From NCBI GenBank assembly GCA_963827685.1, contig CAWHBU010000003.1, positions 256,001-320,000 of the forward strand: a stretch of 64,000 bases of DNA, read 5' to 3'. The notes beneath the pieces were generated by a model that saw only the letters and a list, made by a program, of their open reading frames with translations, ran no database searches and had not been told where the DNA came from. The stretch's first letter is position 1, and every line of letters begins with the position of its first letter. Of this stretch, positions 8,837-20,461 are shown piece by piece. The translations under genes were made by a program, and so were the position numbers. The stretch comes from an uncultured delta proteobacterium. Lineage in GTDB: Bacteria; Desulfobacterota; BSN033; UBA1163.

Positions 8837-10078
8837 ATGATTCGTACGTTGACGCCAGACGGTAATTTCCTGTTTGTCACACGCATCGCCCGCATGTTTG
8901 GTTACGGATTCCTCTCCGTTGTGCTCGTGCTCTATCTTGAACAAGTAGGATTGAACCAAGTCCAAATCGGCCTTCTCCTGACCTTGACCTTAATTGGCGA
9001 TACGATCATCTCCTTATGGATTACTACGAACGCTGATCGTATTGGCAGGCGGCGAATGCTAATCATTGGGGCTTTCCTGATGGTTTTCGCTGGACTCTTA
9101 TTCGCCGTGACACGCCATTTTATGTTCCTTTTGATTGCTGCCACCATTGGCGTTATCAGCCCAAGTGGTTATGAGGTCGGTCCGTTTTTGTCTATCGAAC
9201 AAGCGGCGTTGTCGCAGATTGTCGCAGACGAAAAACGGACCAATATCTTTGCCTGGTATAACCTTGTGGGTTCATTTGCCACGGCGTTAGGTGCCTTAGC
9301 GGGTGGTTCATTGGTTCAAGCCCTTATGGACTCCGGTGTGACACCACTCGGAAGTTATCGAACAATTGTGATCGGCTATGCAATAATAGGAGTACTGCTT
9401 GGCGGGTTATTCACCCGCCTTTCCTCTTCAGTGGAAGTTAAGGCAGGGGGCGCTTCATCTCCTTCTGCTTCTGCCTTCAAAACTCGATTTGGTCTTCATC
9501 GATCACGGGGAGTGGTGCTCAAGCTATCTGCTTTGTTCTCCATCGATGCCTTCGCAGGTGGCTTCGTGTTGCAGAGTATCGTGGCCTACTGGTTTCACGT
9601 ACGATTTAATGTGCAGCCAGCCATCCTCGGAAGCATTTTCTTCGGGGCGAATATTCTTGCCGGCCTCTCAGCTCTAAGCGCTGCCTGGGTGGCCTCCAAG
9701 ATAGGCCTAATTAGAACCATGGTATTCACACACATTCCCTCAAATCTCTTATTAATCCTGGTACCGCTCATGCCAAACCTGCCATTGGCCATTACGGTTT
9801 TGCTGTTACGCTTCAGCATTTCACAGATGGATGTTCCCACACGGCAATCCTACACCATGGCGGTGGTTGCACCGGATGAGCGGTCCGCCGCTGCTGGCAT
9901 GACAGGAATTGCACGGACGACAGGCGCTTCGCTCTCACCTGTCATTACAGGACCTTTGTTGGCTAATGCAGCACTAATGAATTTGCCCTTCTTCATATCC
10001 GGCGGCCTCAAAATCATTTATGACCTAATGCTATATCGCAATTTCAAGGCCATCAAACCCCCGGAAGAGAAGACATAG
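8837..10078 (+). CDS. MFS transporter
   Basis: About 12 TM segments; motif A ADRIGRRR. Confidence 0.9.
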   Translation: MIRTLTPDGNFLFVTRIARMFGYGFLSVVLVLYLEQVGLNQVQIGLLLTLTLIGDTIISLWITTNADRIGRRRMLIIGAFLMVFAGLLFAVTRHFMFLLIAATIGVISPSGYEVGPFLSIEQAALSQIVADEKRTNIFAWYNLVGSFATALGALAGGSLVQALMDSGVTPLGSYRTIVIGYAIIGVLLGGLFTRLSSSVEVKAGGASSPSASAFKTRFGLHRSRGVVLKLSALFSIDAFAGGFVLQSIVAYWFHVRFNVQPAILGSIFFGANILAGLSALSAAWVASKIGLIRTMVFTHIPSNLLLILVPLMPNLPLAITVLLLRFSISQMDVPTRQSYTMAVVAPDERSAAAGMTGIARTTGASLSPVITGPLLANAALMNLPFFISGGLKIIYDLMLYRNFKAIKPPEEKT

Positions 10079-10210
10079 GGATTGGGGGATTGGGGGATTG
10101 GGGGATTGGGGGATTGGGGGATTGGGGGATTGGGGGATTGGGGAATTGCGAATTGCATGGAGTTCCAGATTCCAAAATTCCTAAATTCCCTAATTCCTAA
10201 ATTCTTCAAT
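10078..10210. repeat. G-rich octamer tandem repeat (GGGGATTG about x8) with a degenerate complementary arm
   Basis: Read directly; followed by ATTCC(T/C)(A/T)A-type units. Confidence 0.9.
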
Positions 10211-11200
10211 TTGACCGCGAATTTTCCACCAGGTTTCGAAAAGCCTATCCGCCAGACTTCTGGCAAATGAAAGTCCTCGAGGTCCATCTTCCAATTGCTC
10301 CATCCATTTTACTGGAAGGCCCTTTTCTCCTACATGGGCGCCCACGATGGCTCCAACCATCCCTGCAATCGTATCGGTGTCGCCTCCGAGGGAAATGGCT
10401 GATCGAATGGCATCACAAAAATCCGGACTATAAGTAATCGCAATATAGCAGGCACTAGGAACAGAGAGATGAGCCTCCACCCCGTTTCCAAGGAATTGGA
10501 CAACCTCACGGGCTTGGAGTTTCTTCCCTTGAGACAACATCTCCTCAATCTTATTTAAAGCCTTTGTATAATCGATCGGTCCACCCCAAAGAAGTTCTCT
10601 CAGGTTGATAACCATTTGCTCTTTCTTGAACGGTTCCTTCGGGTTCTGCATCACTGCCAATCCTACAGAGCAAGCCTGCATTACAGCTCCCCATTGACCT
10701 AAGGGATGAACATGGGTGATATTTGCCTGTTTAATGGCCGCCTCTTGAAGGCCAACCAGATCGTGATGGTAGAAGAGGCCGACGGGAGAGACTCGCATGG
10801 CAGCGCCATTCCCGAATGACCCGTTTTCAAAAACAATCCGCGCCACCTCATGCCATTTCAATCCAGTTCGGAGCGCCTCGACAGCTTTGATCGTTCCGAT
10901 GGCATAACCACGTGTGAGATCACAGTAGAGACTGAACTGCTTCGCAATATCTTCCAGATCGATTTTCCCACATTGGATGATCGATTCAGCCAGGGCAAGC
11001 GTCATGTCTGTGTCATCGGTATAACTTCTGGTAAACTTTTTTGACACGAAGTGATGAACCGAAGGTGAATCAAGGATGCTCATGTGAAACATAGCCCTAT
11101 CTGGGTCCATCCCTTCGAAGCCTGATCCAAAGGCATCTCCCAAAAAGCATCCGAGGATTGCCCCTCTGAATTTATCTTGAAGGATTTCTTGAGATATCAT
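10190..11200 (-). CDS. ADP-ribosylglycohydrolase family protein
   Basis: GDAFG, YTDDTDM, GNGAAMRVSP, GGDTDTIAGM motifs. Start placed at ATG 11200 because the track extension lies inside the IS end. Confidence 0.9.
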   Translation of the reverse strand: MISQEILQDKFRGAILGCFLGDAFGSGFEGMDPDRAMFHMSILDSPSVHHFVSKKFTRSYTDDTDMTLALAESIIQCGKIDLEDIAKQFSLYCDLTRGYAIGTIKAVEALRTGLKWHEVARIVFENGSFGNGAAMRVSPVGLFYHHDLVGLQEAAIKQANITHVHPLGQWGAVMQACSVGLAVMQNPKEPFKKEQMVINLRELLWGGPIDYTKALNKIEEMLSQGKKLQAREVVQFLGNGVEAHLSVPSACYIAITYSPDFCDAIRSAISLGGDTDTIAGMVGAIVGAHVGEKGLPVKWMEQLEDGPRGLSFARSLADRLFETWWKIRGQIEEFRN

Positions 11201-11205
11201 AATTA

Positions 11206-12310
11206 TTGACTTTCGCATAAATAATGGAACGTTTTAACTTTTTCTGCTATAATATGGGGCATGAGACCCCATGGATCCCAAGAGGAACTGGAGAAGCGCC
11301 GTCGAGGCGCCATTTCGTTGTTGAAAGAAGGCAAGGCCAGTCTTTCGGCCATAGCGCGTTCGGTGGGGGCATCAAAAAGCTCAGTCTTCCGATGGTTTCA
11401 ACAGTACCAAGAAGGCGGATCGGAGGCCCTTCGCTCGAAGGCCATTCCAGGACGTCCTCCGAAGCTGTCTCGAATCGAGAAAGAGAAGTTAGCGGAACTG
11501 CTTTTGGCGGGTCCTCTGGCCGCAGGATATCGGACCGATCTGTGGACATTGAAGCGGATCGCTCAAACCATTCTGAAACACTTTCGTATCCGGTATCACC
11601 CCAATCATGTGTGGCGGTTGCTTCAGGGCATGGGATGGAGTTGTCAGAAACCAGAGCGTCGGGCGTTACAAAGGGACGACAAAGAGATCGTACATTGGAA
11701 GGTTCACCGGTGGCCGCATATAAAAAAACGCCAAAAGACTTGGGGCCCAGCTGGTCTTTCTTGATGAGTCTGGCTTCTTACTCATTCCAAACATTCGCCG
11801 CACCTGGGCTCCAAAAGGGAAAACCCCTGTCTTCTACCACCTGTACAAACAGGATAGGATTTCCTCTATCAGTGCTTTGTCGGTCTCCCCGAAACGAAAG
11901 CGGTTGGCCCTTTATCTCCGATTTCGGGCATGGAACCTCACCGGTCTGGATGTTCGGTCTTTTCTTAAAGAACTGCTCCAACATATCAGGGGACCCATGT
12001 TCCTGTTGTGGGATCGAGCCACCATCCATCGGCGAAAGGAAGTTAAACAGTTTCTTCTTCGGCACCCTAGAATTCATATGGAATACTTTCCGGCCTATGC
12101 TCCCGAGCTTAATCCGGCTGAGTATGTTTGGAACCAGACTGACCGTGCCTTGTCCAACAGTGTACCGGAAAGTCTAAATGATCTTAAGAAAATGCTTCGA
12201 AACTCGAGACGAAGACTCAGGCAATCACAGAAACTCCTCCGGTCATGCATCTATGCTTCTGATCTCCCATGGACTAGAGAGTAGCGTTCCATTATTTATG
12301 CGAAACTCAA
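11206..12310 (+). mobile_element. IS630-family insertion sequence
   Basis: TIRs TTGA(C/G)TTTCGCATAAATAATGGAACG at both ends, TA duplication at 11204-11205 and 12311-12312. Confidence 0.92.
11261..12284 (+). CDS. IS630 transposase, two ORFs joined by a -1 frameshift at the A run near 11722-11728
   Basis: HTH and winged-helix ORF (GRPPKL, WTLKRI) followed by DDE part (FLDESGF, LLWDRATIH, PAYAPELNPAE). Confidence 0.9.
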
Positions 12311-12334
12311 TAATACAAATGCAATAAATGGGTT

Positions 12335-12483
12335 GTCATTGCGAGGAGTCCTGCAGTTGCAGGATGACGAAGCAATCTCATAAAAGACGGGATTGCCACG
12401 CCTGCGTGCCGTAACATTTTTTTTGCACTGTAGTCAAGACAAGCACTCCGGCGTGCATGCACGCCCTTCGGGCTCGCAATGAC
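12335..12483. repeat. GTCATTGCGAG...CTCGCAATGAC palindromic element with nested insertions
   Basis: 11-bp perfect terminal inverted repeat, internal GCAATC/GATTGC arms and sub-hairpins. Confidence 0.75.
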
Positions 12484-12610
12484 GATGGATGAGGCTAACA
12501 TATTAAATGTTAAACGGAGCTGCAATGCTAATTCCCGTTAGTCCCCTTTTATGAAAAGGGGACTGTCTTTCCCCTCCCTGTACGAAAGGGTGGCTTGGAG
12601 GGATTATAAT

Positions 12611-13504
12611 TTATAACGGTTTTCCCACTAGCCTCTCATAAGCTTCCAGATATTTTTCTCGTGTTCTGGTAACGATTTCTTCTGGCAATTGGGGAGCTGG
12701 CGGACTCTTGTCCCACTTAATGGAAAGGAGGTAATCTCTTAAGAACTGCTTGTCAAAACTCTTCTGCGGACCTCCGGGTCGGTAACCATCTTTTGGCCAG
12801 AATCTTGAAGAGTCCGGGGTGAGGAGTTCGTCGATCAGGAGAAGCTTTTTATCCTTGATCCCAAACTCCATCTTGGTATCAGCGATGATGATTCCATTAC
12901 CCTCTGCAAAATCTCGCGCTTTTTTGTAGATTGCCAATGAGAGAGATCGCAGTTTCTTCGCGCGATCCTTTCCAACGATCTTTTCCGCTCTCTCAAAGGT
13001 AATATTCTCATCATGGAGTCCCATCTCTGCTTTCGTAGCCGGTGTGAAAATGGGCTCCTCTAATTTTGAGGACTCCAGCAGTCCCTTTGGAAGTGGAATA
13101 CCGCAAACTTCCCCTGTCTTCTTATATTCCTCCCATCCTGAACCAGAAAGATACCCTCTGACCACACACTCGATGGGAAGGACATTCGTCTTCACCACCA
13201 ACATGGAGCGATCCTTCAACATCTCCTGATAGGGTTTGCAATCTTTAGGATAATCCTCTACCTCCGTTGAGATGATATGATTGGGAACAACCTCCTTTGT
13301 CAGATCGAACCAAAACCTCGATAGTTGGGTCAGTATCCTCCCTTTATCCGGAATCGGATTGGGCATCACCACATCGAAAGCAGATATCCGATCCGTTGCA
13401 ACGATCAGGAGCCGATCTCCGAGATCATAGATATCTCTCACCTTCCCCCTTCCCTGCAGGGTCAAAGATTTGAATTCAGTCATAGAAACCACGTGTGAAC
13501 TCAT
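12611..13504 (-). CDS. purC: phosphoribosylaminoimidazolesuccinocarboxamide (SAICAR) synthase
   Basis: [42 protein letters not shown]; RBS GGAGAGGAGG before ATG 13504. Confidence 0.96.
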   Translation of the reverse strand: MSSHVVSMTEFKSLTLQGRGKVRDIYDLGDRLLIVATDRISAFDVVMPNPIPDKGRILTQLSRFWFDLTKEVVPNHIISTEVEDYPKDCKPYQEMLKDRSMLVVKTNVLPIECVVRGYLSGSGWEEYKKTGEVCGIPLPKGLLESSKLEEPIFTPATKAEMGLHDENITFERAEKIVGKDRAKKLRSLSLAIYKKARDFAEGNGIIIADTKMEFGIKDKKLLLIDELLTPDSSRFWPKDGYRPGGPQKSFDKQFLRDYLLSIKWDKSPPAPQLPEEIVTRTREKYLEAYERLVGKPL

Positions 13505-13530
13505 AAGTGCCTCCTCTCCTTCCATAAATA

Positions 13531-13595
13531 AGTTCGGAGTTCGGAACAACCATTTTAAGTCATTCTTTTCATCTTTAAACTCTGAACTCCGAACC
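13531..13595. repeat. AGTTCGG/CCGAACT heptamer inverted repeat
   Basis: AGTTCGGAGTTCGG...CTGAACTCCGAAC. Confidence 0.7.
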
Positions 13596-13696
13596 TATTT
13601 AACTTTTTCACTGGAAATGTTATGGTTTTTCTCAAAATTCTTCCCCCATCTTTCTCCTTCCCCACATGCGGGAGGATGGGGGGTGGTTTCCAAAAG

Positions 13697-14320
13697 ATGA
13701 TCAGTAACAAAATCGGACATCGACTCGACCCTTACCTCTATTATATCCTTAAAACAATTGTGGGAGAACATAGCAATCCCAATCTCTTCACCTTAATGGG
13801 CTTTTTGGCAACCCTGGTCGCTTCTCTCCTTATCCTTAATGGGTTTTGGTTCCTTGCGGGACTGGCGATCATCCTTTCAGGGCTTTTTGACCTCTTTGAT
13901 GGCGTGGTAGCCAGAAAATCGGGAAAGGTGACAGCCTTTGGGGGTTTCTTAGATTCAGTCTTGGATCGATATTCGGATCTCCTTCTCCTTATCTCTCTTC
14001 TTATTCATTACCTAAGAAAAGAAGATCCTGGTCTCGTCATCCTCACTTCTTTTGTCAGTATGGGCACGATTCTTATTCCCTATGTTAGAGCGAAGGCAGA
14101 GGCGCTACAAGTCCCGTGTACCATCGGGCTGATGGAAAGGGCAGAACGTATTATCCTTCTTTCTATCGGAACCATCTTCCAATGGATGGAACCCATTCTT
14201 TGGATCCTGGCCATCTTCACTCACTTCACCGTGCTTCAACGAATCTATTATGTCTGGAAAAAACTTCGTTCTCCATTGAAGAACGAAAATTCCAAATCCC
14301 AAATTCCAAATCCCAAATAA
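13697..14320 (+). CDS. CDP-alcohol phosphatidyltransferase family protein
   Basis: DLFDGVVARKSG...FGGFLDSVLDRYSD signature. Confidence 0.9.
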   Translation: MISNKIGHRLDPYLYYILKTIVGEHSNPNLFTLMGFLATLVASLLILNGFWFLAGLAIILSGLFDLFDGVVARKSGKVTAFGGFLDSVLDRYSDLLLLISLLIHYLRKEDPGLVILTSFVSMGTILIPYVRAKAEALQVPCTIGLMERAERIILLSIGTIFQWMEPILWILAIFTHFTVLQRIYYVWKKLRSPLKNENSKSQIPNPK

Positions 14321-14359
14321 ATTCCAGGCAAAGATATTTGAAATTTCCCCCTAACTATC

Positions 14360-14515
14360 CCCTCCCCCTTCGACGGGGGAGGGTGAGGATGGGGGCGATT
14401 AGAATCAATTTCCCCCTCCCCTTTACCCTGTTAGATAAGGTTGTCTATCCAGCCCCATTATTCAAGAAATCTTCTATCTAACAGGGTGAATCCCCTCCCA
14501 CCAAGGGAGGGGAGA
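14360..14515. repeat. GC-rich REP-like palindrome pair with a nested ~63-bp miniature element
   Basis: CCCTCCCCC..GGGGGAGGG and CCCTCCC..GGGAGGG hairpins; nested TIR ACCCTGTTAGATA / TATCTAACAGGGT at about 14426-14488. Confidence 0.7.
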
Positions 14516-14556
14516 ATTTTAGGGATTTGGCAAATGTTAGAAGAAGATTTCCAGAC

Positions 14557-15621
14557 TTAACCTTTCTCTTTTGTCATTTCTTGGATTTCATTTAACAAGA
14601 CTGAAACAAAATCTTTTTCCTTAAGCTTCCTGACTACCTTCCCCTTTCTAAATAGAACTCCTACCCCTTTTCCTCCGGCAATACCAATGTCGGCTTCTTT
14701 TGCTTCCCCTGGCCCATTCACGACACATCCCATAATCGCCACGGTGAGAGGAGTTGAGATTTTTTCAACCCCCCTTTCCACCATTCCTACAAGTCGGGTG
14801 AGATCAACCTCGCAACGGCCACAGGTGGGACAGGAAATAATCTCAACACCCCGCTTGCGAATATTCAAAGCTCTCAATATTGCGTAGCCAACGCGAACTT
14901 CTTCAACAGGATCTCCAGTCAACGAAACCCTGAGCGTATCTCCGATCCCTTCGCTGAGCAAAAGTCCGATGCCAATGGAGGATTTGGCAATGGCTCCCGA
15001 GCCTTTTCCGGCTTCTGTTACACCCAGATGGAGCGGATAATCCGATTTATTTGAAAACAGGCGGTAAGCTTGAACTGTCCGCAAGACATCCGAAGCCTTC
15101 AAAGAGATCTTGATCAGATGGAAACCGAGATCCTCTATCCATTCGATCGTCCGGAGGGCGCTTGAAACCATGGCCTCAGGAGTTGCTCCTCCGAATCGTT
15201 TTAAGAGGTCTTTCTCTAAAGAACCGGAATTCACTCCGATACGGATGGGAATGGAACGATCTCTCGCCTCTGTGATAACGGGCTTCAGACGATCTCTTCC
15301 TCCAATATTTCCAGGATTAATGCGGAGACCATCCGCTCCAGACGCCATGGCCATCAGAGCCAGGTGAGGATGGAAGTGGATATCTGCAATCAGGGGAATT
15401 CGAATCTTCTTCTTAATCTCAGTAATCGCACGGGCTGCTTCCTCATCCACCACAGCCACCCGAATGATTTCACAACCTGCCTCTTCGAGACGCCGGATTT
15501 GATGGACGGTCTTCCGGATATCCCTCGTATCGGTTTTCGTCATCGATTGGACAGAGATGGATGCATTCCCTCCAACCTTGACCGGGCCTATAGAAATCTG
15601 ATGTGTCTCTCTTCGTTCCAT
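14557..15621 (-). CDS. ispG: 4-hydroxy-3-methylbut-2-en-1-yl diphosphate synthase
   Basis: VQSMT, ADIHF, RINPGNIG, CPTCGR, MGCVVNGPGE. Confidence 0.97.
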   Translation of the reverse strand: MERRETHQISIGPVKVGGNASISVQSMTKTDTRDIRKTVHQIRRLEEAGCEIIRVAVVDEEAARAITEIKKKIRIPLIADIHFHPHLALMAMASGADGLRINPGNIGGRDRLKPVITEARDRSIPIRIGVNSGSLEKDLLKRFGGATPEAMVSSALRTIEWIEDLGFHLIKISLKASDVLRTVQAYRLFSNKSDYPLHLGVTEAGKGSGAIAKSSIGIGLLLSEGIGDTLRVSLTGDPVEEVRVGYAILRALNIRKRGVEIISCPTCGRCEVDLTRLVGMVERGVEKISTPLTVAIMGCVVNGPGEAKEADIGIAGGKGVGVLFRKGKVVRKLKEKDFVSVLLNEIQEMTKEKG

Positions 15622-15652
15622 CGAATATTTTGGGAACGACTCTTGAAGAAAC

Positions 15653-17068
<1,416 letters not shown>

Positions 17069-18233
17069 TTACAGTCCGGCGGCCTTCCTCAGTTCTTCCG
17101 CGCGATGGGTATTCTCCCATGGAAACCCAGGCTCATTTCGGCCGAAATGACCATAACAAGCCGTCCTCTTGTAGATCGGCTTGAGAAGATCGAGATACTT
17201 GATGATCGCCTTCGGCCTCATGTCAAAATGTTCACGAATGATCTTTGCAATCTTGTCGGGAGATATCTTTGAGGTTCTTGAGGTATCGATCATCAAGGAG
17301 ACAGGTTCTGCTTTCCCGATGGTGTAGGCAATTTGAACTTCGCATTTTTTCTGCAAGGCCACCTGCCACCACATTCTTGGCAATATGCCTGGCCATGTAA
17401 GATGCGCTTCGGTCCATCTTCGACGGGTCCTTTCCCGAAAAAGAGCCTCCCCCATGACTCCCCACTCCCCCATACGTATCCACAATGATTTTTCTTCCCG
17501 TCAGTCCGCAATCGGCTTTCGGCCCTCCCACCACGAAGCGTCCTGTCGTATTGACATAGTATTTGGTGTTCTTATCTCGAAGTTTCTCAGGAATGACTTT
17601 GAGGATGACTTCTTCGATAATCCCCTCCCTGAGCTTCTCATAGGCAATGCTTTCTGAGTGCTGAGCGGCAATGACGACCGAATCGACACGGGTTGGCTTT
17701 CCATTGATATATTGGATCGTCACCTGAGACTTTCCATCAGGCCTCAGAAAATCGAGGATCTTCTTCTTCCGCACCTCGGCCAATCGTTGGGTCAGGCGGT
17801 GGGCGAAGATGATGGGCATAGGCATCAACTCCGGGGTTTCATTGCAGGCATAGCCGAACATTAACCCTTGATCCCCGGCTCCTTGTTCATGATCTCCTGA
17901 TTCATCCACTCCTTGCTTGATATCGGACGACTGCTCATCAATAGAGGTGATCACGGCACAGGTCTCCCAATCGAAGCCCATCGCTGAGTCATTGTATCCG
18001 ATCTCCTTGATCGTCTCGCGGACGATGGATGGCATGTGGACATAGCAGGAAGTGGTAATCTCTCCCGCAATAATCGCCATGCCCGTGGTGACCATTGCTT
18101 CACAGGCAACCCGGGCCCTGGTATCCTGAGCGATGATCGCATCCAGGACGGAATCTGAAATCTGATCGGCCACCTTATCAGGATGCCCTTCGGTGACCGA
18201 TTCTGAGGTGAACAAAAAATCTGTCATTGCCAT
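17069..18233 (-). CDS. metK: S-adenosylmethionine synthetase, apparent +1 frameshift in the A6 run at 17345-17350
   Basis: [28 protein letters not shown] in the first ORF; [10 protein letters not shown]...YGHFGR in the second. Deleting one A gives AEKCEVQ. Confidence 0.95.
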
Positions 18234-18321
18234 GGAATATTTCCTCCCTTTCTCCCCTTACACTCTCCTCTCCCCCCTGCCTACCGGCAGGCAGGCGAAG
18301 GAGGTGTGGCGGGTGAGGGAT

Positions 18322-20118
18322 TTATGCTTTTGCCTTCTCTGTATTAGATTCAATTTCAATAAAATCTTCAGGAAATCGTTTGGCCGCCCATTTTCGTACA
18401 AAGCCCTCAATCTCTGAGGCTGTCGGAAATTGGAACAATTCTTCGACTAGCGACCGGCTCTCCTCAAACCTCGACATCCGGAGCACCTTCTTCACTTTGG
18501 GGATGGAAACCGGGGTCATGCTGAATTCATCCAGGCCCAATCCTAAAAGGACGACGGCATAAGCTGGCTCTGCCGCCATCTCTCCGCAAATGGCTACCGG
18601 AATTCCGGCCTGATGACCTGACCGAACCACCCACCGGATGATTCTCAGAACGGCCGGATGCAGGGGTTCATAGAGATAGGAGACGTGCTCATTGATCCGA
18701 TCGACGGCCAACGCATACTGAATCAGATCGTTTGTTCCGATGCTGAAGAAATCCACCTCTCTCGCCAAAATATCAGCGATGTCCGAGGCAGAGGGAATCT
18801 CGATCATGGCCCCGATCTCGATTTTTTCATCAAAGGGAATTTTGGCCCTCGCCAGGCCTTTCTTCACCTCTTCTAAAATGGCTTTCGCCTGTCGGATTTC
18901 TTCAATTCCCGAGATCATGGGGAAAAGGATTCTTAGCTTTCCATGGACACTGGCTCGCAAAATCCCCCTCAGCTGGGTTTTAAAGATTTCGGTCTCCTTG
19001 AGGCTGAACCGGATCGCCCTCAACCCCAAGGCCGGGTTCAACTCATTATTCTTTGAATAATTGGGAAGAAATTTATCGCCACCGATGTCCAACGTGCGGA
19101 TGGTGGCTGCGGCAGGGGAAACATTTTCCACCAGACGTCGGTAGGTTCGGAAATGTTCTTCCTCCGTCGGGAGGTCTTTCCGATTCAGATAAAGGATTTC
19201 AGTACGATAAAGCCCGATCCCTTCCGCACCATGCATCTTGGCAGAGGAGATCTCCTCCACCATTTCAATATTGGCCTGCAGACGGACACGGACTCCATCG
19301 CGGGTCTCTGCCGGCAGAGAGGCATACTTAAGAATCTCACGCTCAATCAATCTGGTCCGGCGTTTCCGTTCGAGAAAGGACTTTGAGATTTCCTCCGTGG
19401 GATTAATGACCACCTCTCCCGTCTCTCCATCGATGATCAAGAGGTCTCCCCCGTTGATGAGGGAAGTCGCCACCTGGAGGCCTACCACTGCCGGGATGCC
19501 CAGAGATCGGGAGAGAATGGCCGTATGGGAGACTTTTCCACCGATGTCCGTGACGAACCCCGCCACATGTTCCAGGCTCATCTGGAGGGTATCCGCTGGA
19601 GAGAGGTCATGGGCGACAATAATCACTTTCCCTTTGATCTTGGTGATATCATCATGCTTTTTTCCCAAGAGGCTTCGAAAGATCCTTGCCGCCACATAGT
19701 GAAGGTCGCTGCGCCGTTCCCTCAAATATTCGTCTTCGATGGCCTTAAAGACCGTGTCCAGCCTCTCCAAGGTGAGGTCCAGAGCCCATTCTGCATTGAC
19801 CTTTTTTTTTCGGATCGTATCCACTGTATCCTGAAGCAGCATCTCATCGTTCAGGATCATCAAGTGGACATCCAGGATAAAAGAATGTTTACGTACCTCT
19901 GGGTCCAGAATCTTCTCTTTAATCTCCGCTAACTGATTCTGTGATTCTTGAATCGCGTTGAGGAACCGCTTGACCTCTCCCTCTACCTGAGTTGAAGCGA
20001 TTTGCTTCTGAGGAAGACGGACTTTGAATCGTTCAACCAAGTAGGCTTTCCCAACGATGATTCCGGGAGAAGCTCCGATTCCTTGGATAAATTTATTGAT
20101 CTGTTGCCGAACAGCCAT
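18322..20118 (-). CDS. ptsI: phosphoenolpyruvate-protein phosphotransferase (PTS enzyme I)
   Basis: SHTAILSR phospho-His motif, GIGLYRTE, DFFSIGTNDLIQY. Confidence 0.96.
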   Translation of the reverse strand: MAVRQQINKFIQGIGASPGIIVGKAYLVERFKVRLPQKQIASTQVEGEVKRFLNAIQESQNQLAEIKEKILDPEVRKHSFILDVHLMILNDEMLLQDTVDTIRKKKVNAEWALDLTLERLDTVFKAIEDEYLRERRSDLHYVAARIFRSLLGKKHDDITKIKGKVIIVAHDLSPADTLQMSLEHVAGFVTDIGGKVSHTAILSRSLGIPAVVGLQVATSLINGGDLLIIDGETGEVVINPTEEISKSFLERKRRTRLIEREILKYASLPAETRDGVRVRLQANIEMVEEISSAKMHGAEGIGLYRTEILYLNRKDLPTEEEHFRTYRRLVENVSPAAATIRTLDIGGDKFLPNYSKNNELNPALGLRAIRFSLKETEIFKTQLRGILRASVHGKLRILFPMISGIEEIRQAKAILEEVKKGLARAKIPFDEKIEIGAMIEIPSASDIADILAREVDFFSIGTNDLIQYALAVDRINEHVSYLYEPLHPAVLRIIRWVVRSGHQAGIPVAICGEMAAEPAYAVVLLGLGLDEFSMTPVSIPKVKKVLRMSRFEESRSLVEELFQFPTASEIEGFVRKWAAKRFPEDFIEIESNTEKAKA

Positions 20119-20120
20119 TC

Positions 20121-20387
20121 CTATTCTTCACCGAACCGATTCTCAATCAATTCACCCAGGGCTTTGATCGCTTGGACCGCGTCTTTTCCTTCTGCCTTCA
20201 GCGTAATCTTCGAGCCCTTGGAAGCGGCCAGCATCAGAATGCCCATGATCGATTTCCCATTGACCTCCAGACCATCCTTCTCGAGGGTAATCTCTGAAGC
20301 AAAGCGATTGGCCGTTTTGACCAAGAGAGCCGCTACCCGTGCATGAAGCCCTAAGCGATTTCGAATCGTGAAGGTCTGAACTTCCAT
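20121..20387 (-). CDS. ptsH: phosphocarrier protein HPr
   Basis: GLHAR and NGKSIMG motifs. Confidence 0.95.
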   Translation of the reverse strand: MEVQTFTIRNRLGLHARVAALLVKTANRFASEITLEKDGLEVNGKSIMGILMLAASKGSKITLKAEGKDAVQAIKALGELIENRFGEE

Positions 20388-20461
20388 CCCAACTTTTATG
20401 AAAACCGCGCATAGCGCAAAGTGTTTTTTACTCTTAATTCTTAACTCTTAATTCATAACTC

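Noticed and set aside
10078-10143. Possible CRISPR array
   Set aside because: Pure 8-bp tandem repeat with no unique spacers; no cas genes in the window.
11224-12177. 317-aa ORF overlapping IS630
   Set aside because: Alternative frame without transposase motifs; the two-ORF frameshifted transposase explains the region.
17069-18233. Programmed frameshifting or phase variation in metK, rpoN, bioF
   Set aside because: Runs are short, all are +1 insertions and there are no stimulatory signals; sequencing error is more parsimonious.
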